Virus record (IMG/VR): IMGVR_UViG_3300020598_000039
Location: 1 to 31,917 of that record
From: a virus
Taxonomy: Duplodnaviria > Caudoviricetes
Reading direction: 5' to 3' (one strand)
Length of the DNA: 31,917 nt
Positions 16,175 through 25,433 of the stretch are shown here, in pieces. The notes beneath the pieces were generated by a model. The model had not been told where the DNA came from. It was given only the letters and a program-made list of their open reading frames with translations, and did not search any database. Within the stretch, counting starts at the first letter, position 1. The number at the start of each line of letters is the position of its first letter. The translations under genes and the position numbers were made by a program.

Positions 16175-17368
16175 ATGGCTTCCAGCCTGATCAAGCAGCT
16201 CGGCGAGCTCGTCGAGTCGATCGACACCCGCACCGCCGCGATCCTCAACGAGGGCGTCCGCAACGGCAACGGCGTGCTGACCAACGAGCAGCGCCAGGAG
16301 CTCGACAACCTCGGCGAGGCCCGCAAGGACGCCGCCGAGCGCCTGCGCAACGCCGAGCAGGGCGAGCAGCGCGCCCGCGACCTGGACGAGTCGTTCCGGC
16401 GCGAGCACGGCGACCCCGAGGAGCGCGGCGGCGCGGACAGCGAGTTCGCGAAGTGGGTGCGCGAGTCGCGCGCCGGCGAGAAGTACGACGTCGCGATCGA
16501 GTCCCGGGCCATGTCGGCCACCGGCGGCACCGGCAAGGGCGGCGTGTCCACCCAGCTGTGGGAGCACGCGATCGAGTCGTCCGAGATCCTCAAGTACGCG
16601 ACGCTCATGACCACGGCGGACGGGAACACGATCCCCATGCCGCGCGCCACGATCCACGCGGAGCCGGACGACGCCGACATCCCCGCGAACGGGCCGATCA
16701 CGGAGAGCGACTCCACGCTCGACACGGTCGACCTGGGCGTCGCCAAGCGTGGGTACATCACCTACGTCCCGAACGAGCTCCTGCAGGACGCCACGTTCGA
16801 CGTCGAGGGGTACATCTCCCGCAACGCCGGCCGCCAGCTCGGCCTCAACGTTGCGGCCGCGGGCGCCGCGGCCGCGAAGGCCGGCTTCACCGTGCCGGGC
16901 GTGACCACGCTCGCCGGCGACACCGCGAGCCTGGGCGACCAGTCCGCGATCGGGCACGGCTCGGACTACCTGGTGGACCTGTTCTACTCGGTGATCGCGC
17001 CCTACCGGGCGTCGCTCAAGTGCGCCTTCGGCATGTCCGACGGCGCGGCCGCCGTGGTCCGCAAGCTCAAGACCGCGGACGGCAAGCCGGTGTGGGAGTC
17101 GGCCCTGGTCGCCGGCCAGCCCGACCTCATCCTCGGCAAGCCCGTGTTCGTCGAGCCGAACTTCGACCCCTTCGGGGTGTCGAAGAAGCCGATCTTCTTC
17201 GGCGACTGGTCGGCCCTCGTCGTCCGCATCGCGGGTGGCCTGCGGTTCGAGCGGTCCGCCGAGGCCGGGTTCGGCAACGACCAGACGGCGTTCCGCGCCC
17301 TGGTCCGTCGCGGCGCCGTCGGCCTCGACCCCACGGCCGTCAAGCCGCTGGTCACCGCCGGCGCGTGA
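16175..17368 (+). CDS. HK97-fold major capsid protein with N-terminal delta domain
   Basis: Coiled-coil N-terminus; ELLQDATFDVEGYI, KLKTADGKPVW, ILGKPV, FFGDWS and FRALVR motifs. Confidence 0.93.
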   Translation: MASSLIKQLGELVESIDTRTAAILNEGVRNGNGVLTNEQRQELDNLGEARKDAAERLRNAEQGEQRARDLDESFRREHGDPEERGGADSEFAKWVRESRAGEKYDVAIESRAMSATGGTGKGGVSTQLWEHAIESSEILKYATLMTTADGNTIPMPRATIHAEPDDADIPANGPITESDSTLDTVDLGVAKRGYITYVPNELLQDATFDVEGYISRNAGRQLGLNVAAAGAAAAKAGFTVPGVTTLAGDTASLGDQSAIGHGSDYLVDLFYSVIAPYRASLKCAFGMSDGAAAVVRKLKTADGKPVWESALVAGQPDLILGKPVFVEPNFDPFGVSKKPIFFGDWSALVVRIAGGLRFERSAEAGFGNDQTAFRALVRRGAVGLDPTAVKPLVTAGA

Positions 17369-17374
17369 CCGCCC

Positions 17375-17405
17375 GCCGGGGGCGCCCGCTAGGGGCGCCC
17401 CTGGC
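17375..17405 (+). terminator. GC-rich hairpin after the capsid gene
   Basis: GCCGGGGGCGCCC/GGGCGCCCCTGGC stem; no U-tract. Confidence 0.45.
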
Positions 17406-17431
17406 CCCCACGACGACCGGAAGGGGTCGAC

Positions 17432-17839
17432 ATGAAGGTGCAGATCAAGGTGTCCCCGGGCGGGCTCTACAACGGAGCCCCCATCACCGCGCGGGTCGGC
17501 GACGTTGTCGACCTCCCCGACGAGTACGCCGCCGGGCTGCTCGCCGGCGGTCTCGCCGCGCTCGTCTCCCAGGAGGAGCCCGTCGGCGACGACGACACCA
17601 GCACGGACCAGCCGTTCCCTGACGGCGACCCGTCGGGCGAGTGGACCGCCAAGCAGCTCAAGGCGTGGGCGAAGGCGCACGACGTCGACCTCGGAGGGGC
17701 AACCCGCAAGGACGACATCCTCGCCGCGCTCACCGAGACCGCGACCGTGAAGGAGCCGGACGAGCAGACGGCCACGACCGACCCTACGGGCGCCGAGCAG
17801 CGCCCGGCGGACGAGGTCGACGCCGAGAAGCGGGGCTGA
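17432..17839 (+). CDS. Head-associated protein with HeH/Rho-N-like motif
   Basis: GDVVDLPD...; WTAKQLKAWAKAHDVDLGGATRKDDILAAL; position after the capsid gene. Confidence 0.65.
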   Translation: MKVQIKVSPGGLYNGAPITARVGDVVDLPDEYAAGLLAGGLAALVSQEEPVGDDDTSTDQPFPDGDPSGEWTAKQLKAWAKAHDVDLGGATRKDDILAALTETATVKEPDEQTATTDPTGAEQRPADEVDAEKRG

Positions 17840-17840
17840 C

Positions 17841-18179
17841 GTGGCGGTCACCGTCCCCGATCTCATCGAGCGGGTCGGCGGTGACCCCACCGCCGACAAC
17901 GCCGAGGCAACCCGCTGCCTGGCGCTCGCGGAACGGTACGTCACGGACTACGTCACCTCCTCGGAGGCCGAGGGCGTGCCGGACGAGGCCCGGGACGAGG
18001 CCGTGCTGCGCGTCGGGACGAACCTGTTCAACCAGGTGAAGGCGCCCAACGGCGTCCTGATGACGGTCTACGACGACACCGGCGACGGGTCCGAGACGGC
18101 GCTGCGCGTCTCCTCGGACCCGCTGCGCGGTGCCCGCGTGGTCCTGTCGCCGTACCTCGCGCCGCTGGGGTTCGCATGA
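17841..18179 (+). CDS. Head-tail connector (gp6-like adaptor)
   Basis: VPDEARDEAVLRVGTNLF...DPL....VLSPY; position. Confidence 0.75.
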   Translation: MAVTVPDLIERVGGDPTADNAEATRCLALAERYVTDYVTSSEAEGVPDEARDEAVLRVGTNLFNQVKAPNGVLMTVYDDTGDGSETALRVSSDPLRGARVVLSPYLAPLGFA

Positions 18180-18568
18180 CGAACGCGATCACTGCTGCGC
18201 AGAAGGGCCTGGCGGACGCGCTGACGGCCGCCAAGCTCAAGACCTACTCGGAGCTGCCGGAGAAGGCGTCACCGCCGTTCCGGTACGTCCTGAACGGCGG
18301 CGTGACGTTCGGTACGCAGGTCGGCTCCTGGCGGGTCGTGCTGCGGGTCGTCTGCGTCGCCCGACCAGGCACCAACGCCGTCACGCTCGACCGGCTCATG
18401 GACATGGTCGTCGAGCTCCTCGACGCCGTCGGAGACCTCGACGGGTACGAGCTCGCCGCCGACACCGTCGACGAGCCGGCGGAGTACGCGGTCAACGGGC
18501 AGCTGACCCTCGCGGCCGCCGTCAACGTCCTCGCGCGCGTCTCGCGCGCCCAGATGAAGGAGAGGTGA
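18176..18568 (+). CDS. Putative tail terminator/completion protein
   Basis: Size and position just before the major tail protein. Confidence 0.55.
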   Translation: MTNAITAAQKGLADALTAAKLKTYSELPEKASPPFRYVLNGGVTFGTQVGSWRVVLRVVCVARPGTNAVTLDRLMDMVVELLDAVGDLDGYELAADTVDEPAEYAVNGQLTLAAAVNVLARVSRAQMKER

Positions 18569-18572
18569 CCCC

Positions 18573-18980
18573 ATGACGGGGACCCGGATCAACGGGCGGG
18601 ACATGGTCCTGCTCATCGACAGCATCGACCGGTCGGACGAGGCGTCGTCCTGGGCGCTGAACTACGGCACCCGGCAGACGTTCGCGGACATGCGGGGCGC
18701 GACGCCCAAGCGCCTCGACATGACGATCAACCAGGATCTCGACCCGACGTCGCTGTACACGAAGGCGATGGCCGGTGTCGGGACGTCGCTGACGGGCCTG
18801 CTCAAGCCGCTCGGCAACGAGGCGCCGTCCGAGGCGTCCCCGCACTACTCGTTCAACGTGGTCCCGGCGGGCCCGTCGGGTGACACGTTCATGGGCGGCG
18901 AGGCGGCGGAGGACGCGTCCGCGACGCTCACCGTCGACGTCCAGTGGCTCATCACGGACTGGACGAAGGTGACCGCGTGA
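18573..18980 (+). CDS. Major tail protein
   Basis: Beta-rich 135 aa with P.GN...S...PHYS motif, upstream of the chaperone and tape measure genes. Confidence 0.7.
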   Translation: MTGTRINGRDMVLLIDSIDRSDEASSWALNYGTRQTFADMRGATPKRLDMTINQDLDPTSLYTKAMAGVGTSLTGLLKPLGNEAPSEASPHYSFNVVPAGPSGDTFMGGEAAEDASATLTVDVQWLITDWTKVTA

Positions 18981-19270
18981 CCACGAAGCCCCAGAAGGTC
19001 GAGCACCAGTGCGACCTCACCCCTGGCCAGTTCTACGACACCGTCACCGGCGAGGAGCGCGGCCTGGTCAAGCGCGCATTCCGTGAGCCGCTCGCGCAGT
19101 TCGCGAAGGACGACAAGGAGACCTTCGTCGAGGCGCTGGTCTTCCTCGACCTGCACCGCCGGCGCGAGCCCGACCCCAAGGCCCGCGCGCACGCGATGAC
19201 GATCAAGGAGCTGCAGGACTACTTCGCCGACGACGAGGACGAGGAGGCCGACGACTCGGGGGAAGGCTGA
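18977..19270 (+). CDS. Tail assembly chaperone (gpG-like)
   Basis: GTGA coupling; acidic end with slippery G GGG GAA at 19258-19264. Confidence 0.75.
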   Translation: MTTKPQKVEHQCDLTPGQFYDTVTGEERGLVKRAFREPLAQFAKDDKETFVEALVFLDLHRRREPDPKARAHAMTIKELQDYFADDEDEEADDSGEG

Positions 19271-19434
19271 CCGCGGACGCCCGGGAGATCGCCGTCTGGT
19301 GCCTGACGACGCGCCAGCCCGTCGCGTCGTGGATGGTCCTGACCGAGCTTGAGCGGCGCGTGTTCTACGACGAGGCGCGCAAGGCGCAGGACGCGGCCGC
19401 GGCCGCTCTCAGGGGAGGGGGCGGCCGTGGCTGA
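19258..19434 (+). CDS. Tail assembly chaperone -1 frameshift extension (gpT-like)
   Basis: The -1 frame is open from 19264 to 19434 (RLTADAREIAVWCLTTRQPVASWMVLTELERRVFYDEARK...) and fills the gap to the next gene. Confidence 0.7.
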   Translation, partial: GGRLTADAREIAVWCLTTRQPVASWMVLTELERRVFYDEARKAQDAAAAALRGGGGRG

Positions 19435-19945
19435 CGACGACTTCCGCATCGAGGGCATGGAGTCGCTCGAGGCGCTCGCGAAGGTGATGCGCAAGGTCGG
19501 CGAGGGCAAGGAGATCCGCAAGGAGTTGCTTGCTGCCCTGCGCGCCGCGGGGCAGCCGACGGCGGACGACATGCGCACCGGGCTCGCGGCGAAGCTGCCC
19601 AAGCGGGGCGGCGTCTCGAAGTTCCTGACGAAGAAGAAGCGCACGTTCGCGGTGCGCAACCGGCTCTCGTCAGGGGCGAAGGAGTCCGCCGGCATCCGCA
19701 TCGTGTCGACGGACAAGGGGCACGACTACCAGTCGCTCGAGCGGGCGGGGAAGCTGCGCCACCCGGCGTACCCGTGGCGGCGTCGGCCGCGTCGGTCGTG
19801 GCGGTGGGTCGAGCAGCGGGTGCCCACCGAAGGGCTGCTCGCGGGCGTCATGCACGAGCACGAGGACGAGTTCCTCGAGGGGATCTCGGACGCGATGTTG
19901 GAAGCCGCGCAGGCCATCGAGCGAGCGATCGACAAGGGGGTCTGA
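19427..19945 (+). CDS. HK97 gp10-like neck/tail completion protein
   Basis: FRIEGMESLEALAK...ERAGKLRHP...WVEQ; basic; GGAGGG RBS. Confidence 0.6.
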   Translation: MADDDFRIEGMESLEALAKVMRKVGEGKEIRKELLAALRAAGQPTADDMRTGLAAKLPKRGGVSKFLTKKKRTFAVRNRLSSGAKESAGIRIVSTDKGHDYQSLERAGKLRHPAYPWRRRPRRSWRWVEQRVPTEGLLAGVMHEHEDEFLEGISDAMLEAAQAIERAIDKGV

Positions 19946-19946
19946 C

Positions 19947-21263
19947 GTGGCGACACCGGCAGTCGAGTTCACCGTCGTCGGGGTGGACAAGGCGTCGAAG
20001 ACGTTCGACGACGTCGGCAGGTCGGCGTCTGACTCGGCGGACAAGATCAGCCGGGCCTCGGAGGAGGCCGGGTCGAAGTTCGACGCCGCGGGCGAGTCGG
20101 CCGGCGACCTGGCCACCTGGACCGCGACCCTGGGCGACGGCATGGCCACCCTGGGTGAGCAGATCGGCGGCCCGGCCGGGCGGTTCCTCGAGATGGGCGG
20201 CAACGCGATCCTGGCGGGGACCGCGATCGGTGACCTCGGTGAGGGCGCCGTGCAGGCCGGGAAGTGGATCAAGGGCCTGGGCATCGTGCAGAAGGCTCAG
20301 GCCGCCGCGTCCTGGGTCGCCACCGCGGCGCAGAAGGCCCTCAACGTCGCGATGAAGGCGAACCCGATCGGCCTCATCATCACCGGGATCACGCTCCTGG
20401 TCGGCGCCCTGGTCTGGTTCTTCACCAAGACCGAGCTCGGGCGCAAGATCGTCGCCGCGGCGTGGAAGGGCATCCGCATCGCGATCGAGGCCGTGGGCAA
20501 GTGGTTCAAGGGCACCCTCGTGCCGTGGTTCAAGGCGGCGATCGACAGGATCACCGGCTTCTTCAGCAACGCCAAGAAGAACATCTCGGACAAGTGGAAC
20601 GGCCTGGTCGACTGGTTCCGCAACATCCCGAACCGGATCGGCTCCGCCGTCTCCACGGTCGGCACTCGGGTGCGCGAGAAGTTCGACGTCGCGCGTGACC
20701 GGGCGAAGGACATCTTCAACAACGTCGTCGACTGGTTCCGCAACATCCCCAGCCGGATCGGCTCGGCGGTCGGCGCCGTCGGCTCCTTCGTGCACGAGAG
20801 GTTCTCGGCCGCGCGCACCCGCGTGAAGGACGTCTTCAACAACCTCGTCTCCTGGTTCCGCAGCCTGCCCTCCCGGTTCGGCGCCGCGCTCGGCGGCATC
20901 GGCTCCGCGATCGGCGGCGTGTTCCGCTCGGCGTTCAACAACGTCGCCTCCTGGTGGAACAACAGCATCGGCCGCATCGGCTTCACCGTGCCCTCCTGGG
21001 TGCCGAAGGTCGGCGGCCGCAGCTTCGACGTCCCGAACATCCCCTACCTCGCCTCCGGCGGCACCATCGCCCGCGGCGGCTGGGCCGTCGTCGGCGAGCA
21101 GGGCCCCGAGCTCGCGCACCTGCCCACCAACACCACCGTCTTCCCGAACGGGACCGCCCCCGCGCCCGCCGGCGGCCCCGTCCTGCACATCGAGAACTTC
21201 TACGCCGAGAGCCAGGCCGTCGGCGCCCTCGCCGACGAGCTCGCGTGGAAGATCCGGAGGTAG
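19947..21263 (+). CDS. Tape measure protein (short, 438 aa)
   Basis: LNVAMKANPIGLII...KTELGRKIV motif, Trp/Phe periodic repeats, C-terminal IPYLASGG...VVGEQGPEL. Confidence 0.9.
   Translation: MATPAVEFTVVGVDKASKTFDDVGRSASDSADKISRASEEAGSKFDAAGESAGDLATWTATLGDGMATLGEQIGGPAGRFLEMGGNAILAGTAIGDLGEGAVQAGKWIKGLGIVQKAQAAASWVATAAQKALNVAMKANPIGLIITGITLLVGALVWFFTKTELGRKIVAAAWKGIRIAIEAVGKWFKGTLVPWFKAAIDRITGFFSNAKKNISDKWNGLVDWFRNIPNRIGSAVSTVGTRVREKFDVARDRAKDIFNNVVDWFRNIPSRIGSAVGAVGSFVHERFSAARTRVKDVFNNLVSWFRSLPSRFGAALGGIGSAIGGVFRSAFNNVASWWNNSIGRIGFTVPSWVPKVGGRSFDVPNIPYLASGGTIARGGWAVVGEQGPELAHLPTNTTVFPNGTAPAPAGGPVLHIENFYAESQAVGALADELAWKIRR
20594..20975 (+). repeat. 120-bp (40-aa) internal repeats of the tape measure gene
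   Basis: GTCGACTGGTTCCGCAACATCCC at 20607 and 20727, with further degenerate copies downstream. Confidence 0.85.
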
Positions 21264-21266
21264 ACC

Positions 21267-22184
21267 GTGACCACAGTCGCATCCCTGCTCACCCCACCAC
21301 CCGACCTACAGCCCTGGCAGGCGCAGCTCGGACCGCTGCGACTCGGCCCGGGCACCCCGTTCGACTTCTCCGTCCTCGACGGCGTCGACGAGCTGCCCGA
21401 GCTGCGCACCAGCGACGAGCCCCGCCCCTGGGCGCACGGCACCTGGGAGGGCGACGACTGGGCCGACGGGCGCACGATCACATGGACCCTCGAGGTCGAA
21501 GCCGTCGGCGAAGCCTCGGACGCGGCGCTCGCGGCCCTGCGTGCGGTGATGGTGCCGACGAAGACGGGCTCGCCGGTGCCGCTGTGGTTCAACCTGCCGC
21601 CGATGGGCGGCCTGGTGCGGTGGGACGTGAAGGTCCGCCGGCACCGGCTGCTCAAGGACGCGACGTGGGTGCGCCGCGAGGGCGGCACCCAGGAGGCGCA
21701 GTTCTTCGCGCCCGACCCGGCGGGGTACGGGCCGGGCCGGTCGGCCTCGACGGGGTTCGCCGAGCTGGCGGGGGGCCTCGCGTTCGACCTGTTCACCGAC
21801 GGGCAGGGCTCGACCACGGGCTACCTCGAGTTCGGGGAGCAGGGGTCGTCCGGCCGGGTCGACCTGGACAACCCCGGCAACGCGGAGACGTGGCCGGTGC
21901 TCGAGGTCGCGGGCCCGTCGCCGTCGGCCGGGTTCGAGATCGTCGACGTCCCCACGGGCCGGCGCCTGCGCTACGTCGGCGTCGTCCCGGCGGGGTCGGT
22001 CCTGACGATCGACACGGCCGCCGGGTCCGTCCTGCTCGACGGGGTCGCGGACCGCTCGGGCCTGCTAACGGTGCGCGAGTGGGCGCCCGTGCCGAAGCAG
22101 GGCGCGACGTCGCTCGCGTTCCTGACCCTGGGCGAGACGACGGCGGCGACGCTGCGCGCCGTGTGGGCGCCGGCCTGGTGGTGA
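21267..22184 (+). CDS. Distal tail (Dit-like) protein
   Basis: Follows TMP; RPWAHG, F.APDP..YG and NPGNAETWP motifs; ends AWW. Confidence 0.8.
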   Translation: MTTVASLLTPPPDLQPWQAQLGPLRLGPGTPFDFSVLDGVDELPELRTSDEPRPWAHGTWEGDDWADGRTITWTLEVEAVGEASDAALAALRAVMVPTKTGSPVPLWFNLPPMGGLVRWDVKVRRHRLLKDATWVRREGGTQEAQFFAPDPAGYGPGRSASTGFAELAGGLAFDLFTDGQGSTTGYLEFGEQGSSGRVDLDNPGNAETWPVLEVAGPSPSAGFEIVDVPTGRRLRYVGVVPAGSVLTIDTAAGSVLLDGVADRSGLLTVREWAPVPKQGATSLAFLTLGETTAATLRAVWAPAWW

Positions 22185-22194
22185 GCGTGAGGAG

Positions 22195-23328
22195 GTGGCG
22201 CGCGTGAGCGTGCAGATCATCTGCGGCGAGCTGATGACGGGCAGGATCCTCGCGGCGGTCCCGACGACCGAGAGCGGCTCGAGCTGGTCGACCGTGCTGA
22301 ACGACTCCGGCGACGTGCAGGCCACCGTGCCGCTGCGGTCCCTGAACCCGAACACGCGCGAGACCCTGCTGTCCTACCTCGAGCCGAACCGCTGCTTCCT
22401 CGGCGCCGTCACCGACGCCGGCTACGTGCTCGAGGCGGGCCCGATCCTGCCGCACGGGTACGACGACGCGACGGGCAACCTGCAGGTGAAGGCGACCGGT
22501 ATGCACGGGCACCTCGACCGCCGCCTCGCGATCGCGCCCCCGCCGTGGCCGTCGGGCGTGGGCCGCACGGCGCTGTCGTGGTCGGGCCTGTCCCTGGGCA
22601 CGATCGCCAAGCGGCTCGTCGCGACGGCGCTCGCGCACCCGGGCGGGTCGCTGCCGATCGTGCTGCCGGCGGACCAGGCCGGTACGAACGAGCGCACGTA
22701 CCCGGGCTACGAGCTCGGGTACGTGGGCGAGCGGCTGCGCCAGCTCGCGGAGGTCGAGGGCGGCCCAGACATCGCATTCCAGCCGCGCCTCACGGTCGAC
22801 GGCCTGTCGGTCGAGTGGGTGATGCGCACCGGCACCACGGCGGACCCGCTGCTGCACCAGGTGGGCGACGACTGGCGGTGGGACCGCGGGGCCGTGCGCG
22901 GCCCGCTACGCCTGCTGGGGGTCGACCGGGACGGCTCAGACGTCGCCTCCCGCGTCTTCTCGACCGGGGACGGCATGGAGGAAGACCTGCCGATCGGCCT
23001 CGCCGAGACGAGCGAGTTGACCGACGCCGGGTACCCGCTGACTGAGCGGGTCACCTCGACCAACGCGACGGAGGTGTCACGGCTGGACGCCCACGCGCGC
23101 GCGGGGCTCGGCGCGTCGGTGCGCCCGTGGCAGACGTGGGCGCTCGAGACGGACGTCGACTCCCCGGCGCTGGGCACCTACCGGCCGGGGGACTGGGCGT
23201 CGGTCAGCATCCCGCCCGGGCACATCTACCTCCGCGAGGGCACCTACCGCACGCGAATCCTCGAGATCTCTGGCGACAAGAGCCGCAAGGTCTCCCTCAA
23301 GCTCGCACCCACGATGGAAGGCAGGTAG
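22195..23328 (+). CDS. Minor tail / baseplate hub protein
   Basis: WSTVLNDSG, EAGPI, GERLRQLAEVEGGPDIAF.PR and YRPGDW motifs; position. Confidence 0.8.
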   Translation: MARVSVQIICGELMTGRILAAVPTTESGSSWSTVLNDSGDVQATVPLRSLNPNTRETLLSYLEPNRCFLGAVTDAGYVLEAGPILPHGYDDATGNLQVKATGMHGHLDRRLAIAPPPWPSGVGRTALSWSGLSLGTIAKRLVATALAHPGGSLPIVLPADQAGTNERTYPGYELGYVGERLRQLAEVEGGPDIAFQPRLTVDGLSVEWVMRTGTTADPLLHQVGDDWRWDRGAVRGPLRLLGVDRDGSDVASRVFSTGDGMEEDLPIGLAETSELTDAGYPLTERVTSTNATEVSRLDAHARAGLGASVRPWQTWALETDVDSPALGTYRPGDWASVSIPPGHIYLREGTYRTRILEISGDKSRKVSLKLAPTMEGR

Positions 23329-23331
23329 CCG

Positions 23332-24471
23332 GTGAGCGACACCGAAGGGTGGAAGGGCCGCCGCGCCGCGACGCCGGGCAAGGCGGGCGTGCTGGTCGAC
23401 GCGATCCGGTCCCTGCAGCGGCAGGTCGCCGAGCTGCGCACCCGCGCGACGCTCAACTCGGCGTCGATCAGCTCGGGCGGCCTGCGCATCAAGGACGGCG
23501 GGGACGTCACGGTCGAGGACGGCGGCCAGCTGCAGGTGCTCGGCACAGCCGGGGAGCGCATCCGCTTCGTCAACGGGCGCATGTACCTGCGGTACGACGC
23601 CGGGGACGTCGAGGGACGGATCTCAGCCGGCCTCGCGTCCGACGGTGTGCGGCCGGCAATGTGGCTCCTGCCCCCGTCGGTCAGCACGCCCGCGGACCCG
23701 AATGAGAACTCTGTCATCGTGGTCGGGCGGGACCCGAGCGACGGTGGCGCGCTGTTCTTCCGGACGGCGGGCCGGATGCAGGGCATTGCCGAGGAGGATC
23801 TGTACTTCGTCGGGCAGACCGGCGTGATACTGCGCGCCGACGCCGGCACCGCGTATCTCGATGCCCCGGCCGGTGACGCGCGGGTGGCGGCCGGCGGTGA
23901 CGCGCGGGTGACGGCCGAAGGTGACGCGCAGGTGACGGCCGGCGGCAACGCGTGGGTGATGGCCGACGGTGACGTGGTCCTGCAGCCCGCGGACGGGAAG
24001 ACTGTGTGGGCGCACCTCGAGACCAACACGGGCACCGCGAATGTGCTCTACGGGGGCGGGACGACCGGCATCGGCGCCCTGTGGAAGACAGGCTCGTCCC
24101 TGCGCTACAAGCAGGACGTCGAGGACCTGGACCTGTCGCACTTGTCAGCCGACCAGATCGTCGACGCGCTGCACGGGCGCACCTGGCGCGACCGCGGCGA
24201 GGTCGCCCGCAACCCAGACACCACCGAGCGCATCCCCGGCCATATCGCCGAGGAGCTCCACGACGCCGGCCTGGTCGCGTTCGTGATCTACGACGAGCGG
24301 GGCCGACCCGACGGCGTCGCCTACGACCGCCTGTCTGGCGCGCTCGCCCAGGCGCTGCGCACCACCCGCGACGAGCTCGCCGTCGAGCGGGCGCGGATCG
24401 ACGCGCTTGAGCGGGCCGTCGCGGCGCTCGCGGCTCCCCCCAACACCGAGCCTGAAGGAGGCACCCCGTGA
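23332..24471 (+). CDS. Tail spike/fibre with C-terminal peptidase S74-like chaperone domain
   Basis: 8-aa repeats; SSLRYKQDVEDL...GHIAEEL...V.YD..GRPDGVAYDRL followed by coiled coil. Confidence 0.8.
   Translation: MSDTEGWKGRRAATPGKAGVLVDAIRSLQRQVAELRTRATLNSASISSGGLRIKDGGDVTVEDGGQLQVLGTAGERIRFVNGRMYLRYDAGDVEGRISAGLASDGVRPAMWLLPPSVSTPADPNENSVIVVGRDPSDGGALFFRTAGRMQGIAEEDLYFVGQTGVILRADAGTAYLDAPAGDARVAAGGDARVTAEGDAQVTAGGNAWVMADGDVVLQPADGKTVWAHLETNTGTANVLYGGGTTGIGALWKTGSSLRYKQDVEDLDLSHLSADQIVDALHGRTWRDRGEVARNPDTTERIPGHIAEELHDAGLVAFVIYDERGRPDGVAYDRLSGALAQALRTTRDELAVERARIDALERAVAALAAPPNTEPEGGTP
23872..23991 (+). repeat. Five 24-bp tandem repeats (GDARVAAG-type)
   Basis: GGTGACGCG at 23872, 23896 and 23920; degenerate copies at 23944 and 23968. 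Confidence 0.85.
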
Positions 24472-25433
24472 GCCTGTTCCGTGGTCTGTTCGTCCGCCCG
24501 GACGCGACGCGCGGCACGACCCCCGTGGAGGCGCGCAAGAGCCTCGCGGGCATGTTCCACCGTCTGGCGGCTGGCGGGCCGCGTGCGGGGCTCCTGGCGC
24601 CCGCGCAGGTGGTCGGCACGGCCGGGTGGGCGTACAGCATGCCCGCCGTGCCGATGCTGCTCGCCCGCGGCGCCGCCGACGGCGTCGTGCTCGCCGGCAA
24701 CGACGGCGCCCTGCCCGTGCCCACGGACCCCGCGCCGGCGACCGGGTCGCGCATCGACATCGTGTACGCGATCCACCACGACGTCGACCAGGCGGACGTC
24801 GACTCCGCGATGGTCGTCGCCGTCGCGATCGGCATCCCGTCCGGCACCCCCGTCGCGCCGTCGATCCCCGCCGGCGCGATGGAGTTCGCGCGCGCGACCG
24901 TCCCCTCGACGGCGAGCAACACGCTCGGCGCCACGATCACGCAGACGTCGACGTACACGGGCCTCGCGGGCGCGGACATCGTCGCCCCGTTCGGGCTGTC
25001 CGAGTTCGCGACGCGCATCCCGGACCCCCCCGAGGGGCTGCGGGTGTACTCCACGGTCGACGGCGGCGTCTACGTCCGGGTCGGTAACAACTGGCTCGGC
25101 CCGCACCGGCCGCCCACCCCCTGGACGACGATCCCGCTCAAGACGGGCTTCACTGGCCCCTTGCAAGTCGCGCGCCGGGGCGACGCGCTGATGTTCAGGG
25201 GCACGATCACGGGGTCGTTCCCTGCCACGAACAACATCGTCGTCGCCGACGCCGGTGCCATCCCCGACGGGCACCGGCCAACGGCCGACACGTTCATCAC
25301 GCTGGGCACGAACTCGGCGTCCATCCCCATCGTGCGCGGCATCGTGGGGGCGACCGGCGGACTGACGGTCATCACGGGGTCGGCCGCGCCCGGCACGATC
25401 TACCCGTCGACGGCAGTCTGCCCGCTCGGATGA
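24468..25433 (+). CDS. Minor tail / receptor-binding protein
   Basis: PAPATGSRIDIVY...G.P...PVAPSIPAGA tail motif; C-terminal IPDGHRP fibre-tip motif. Confidence 0.75.
   Translation: MSLFRGLFVRPDATRGTTPVEARKSLAGMFHRLAAGGPRAGLLAPAQVVGTAGWAYSMPAVPMLLARGAADGVVLAGNDGALPVPTDPAPATGSRIDIVYAIHHDVDQADVDSAMVVAVAIGIPSGTPVAPSIPAGAMEFARATVPSTASNTLGATITQTSTYTGLAGADIVAPFGLSEFATRIPDPPEGLRVYSTVDGGVYVRVGNNWLGPHRPPTPWTTIPLKTGFTGPLQVARRGDALMFRGTITGSFPATNNIVVADAGAIPDGHRPTADTFITLGTNSASIPIVRGIVGATGGLTVITGSAAPGTIYPSTAVCPLG

Noticed and set aside
15332-17944. 870-aa minus-strand ORF and similar long shadow ORFs (e.g. 6760-8373, 9433-10938, 12500-13870, 19848-21188)
   Set aside because: They are antisense to clear phage genes and show no motifs; long stop-free frames are expected at this GC content.
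20594-20975. CRISPR array or diversity-generating retroelement TR/VR pair
   Set aside because: The repeats are in-frame TMP protein repeats, and no cas or reverse transcriptase gene is present in the window.
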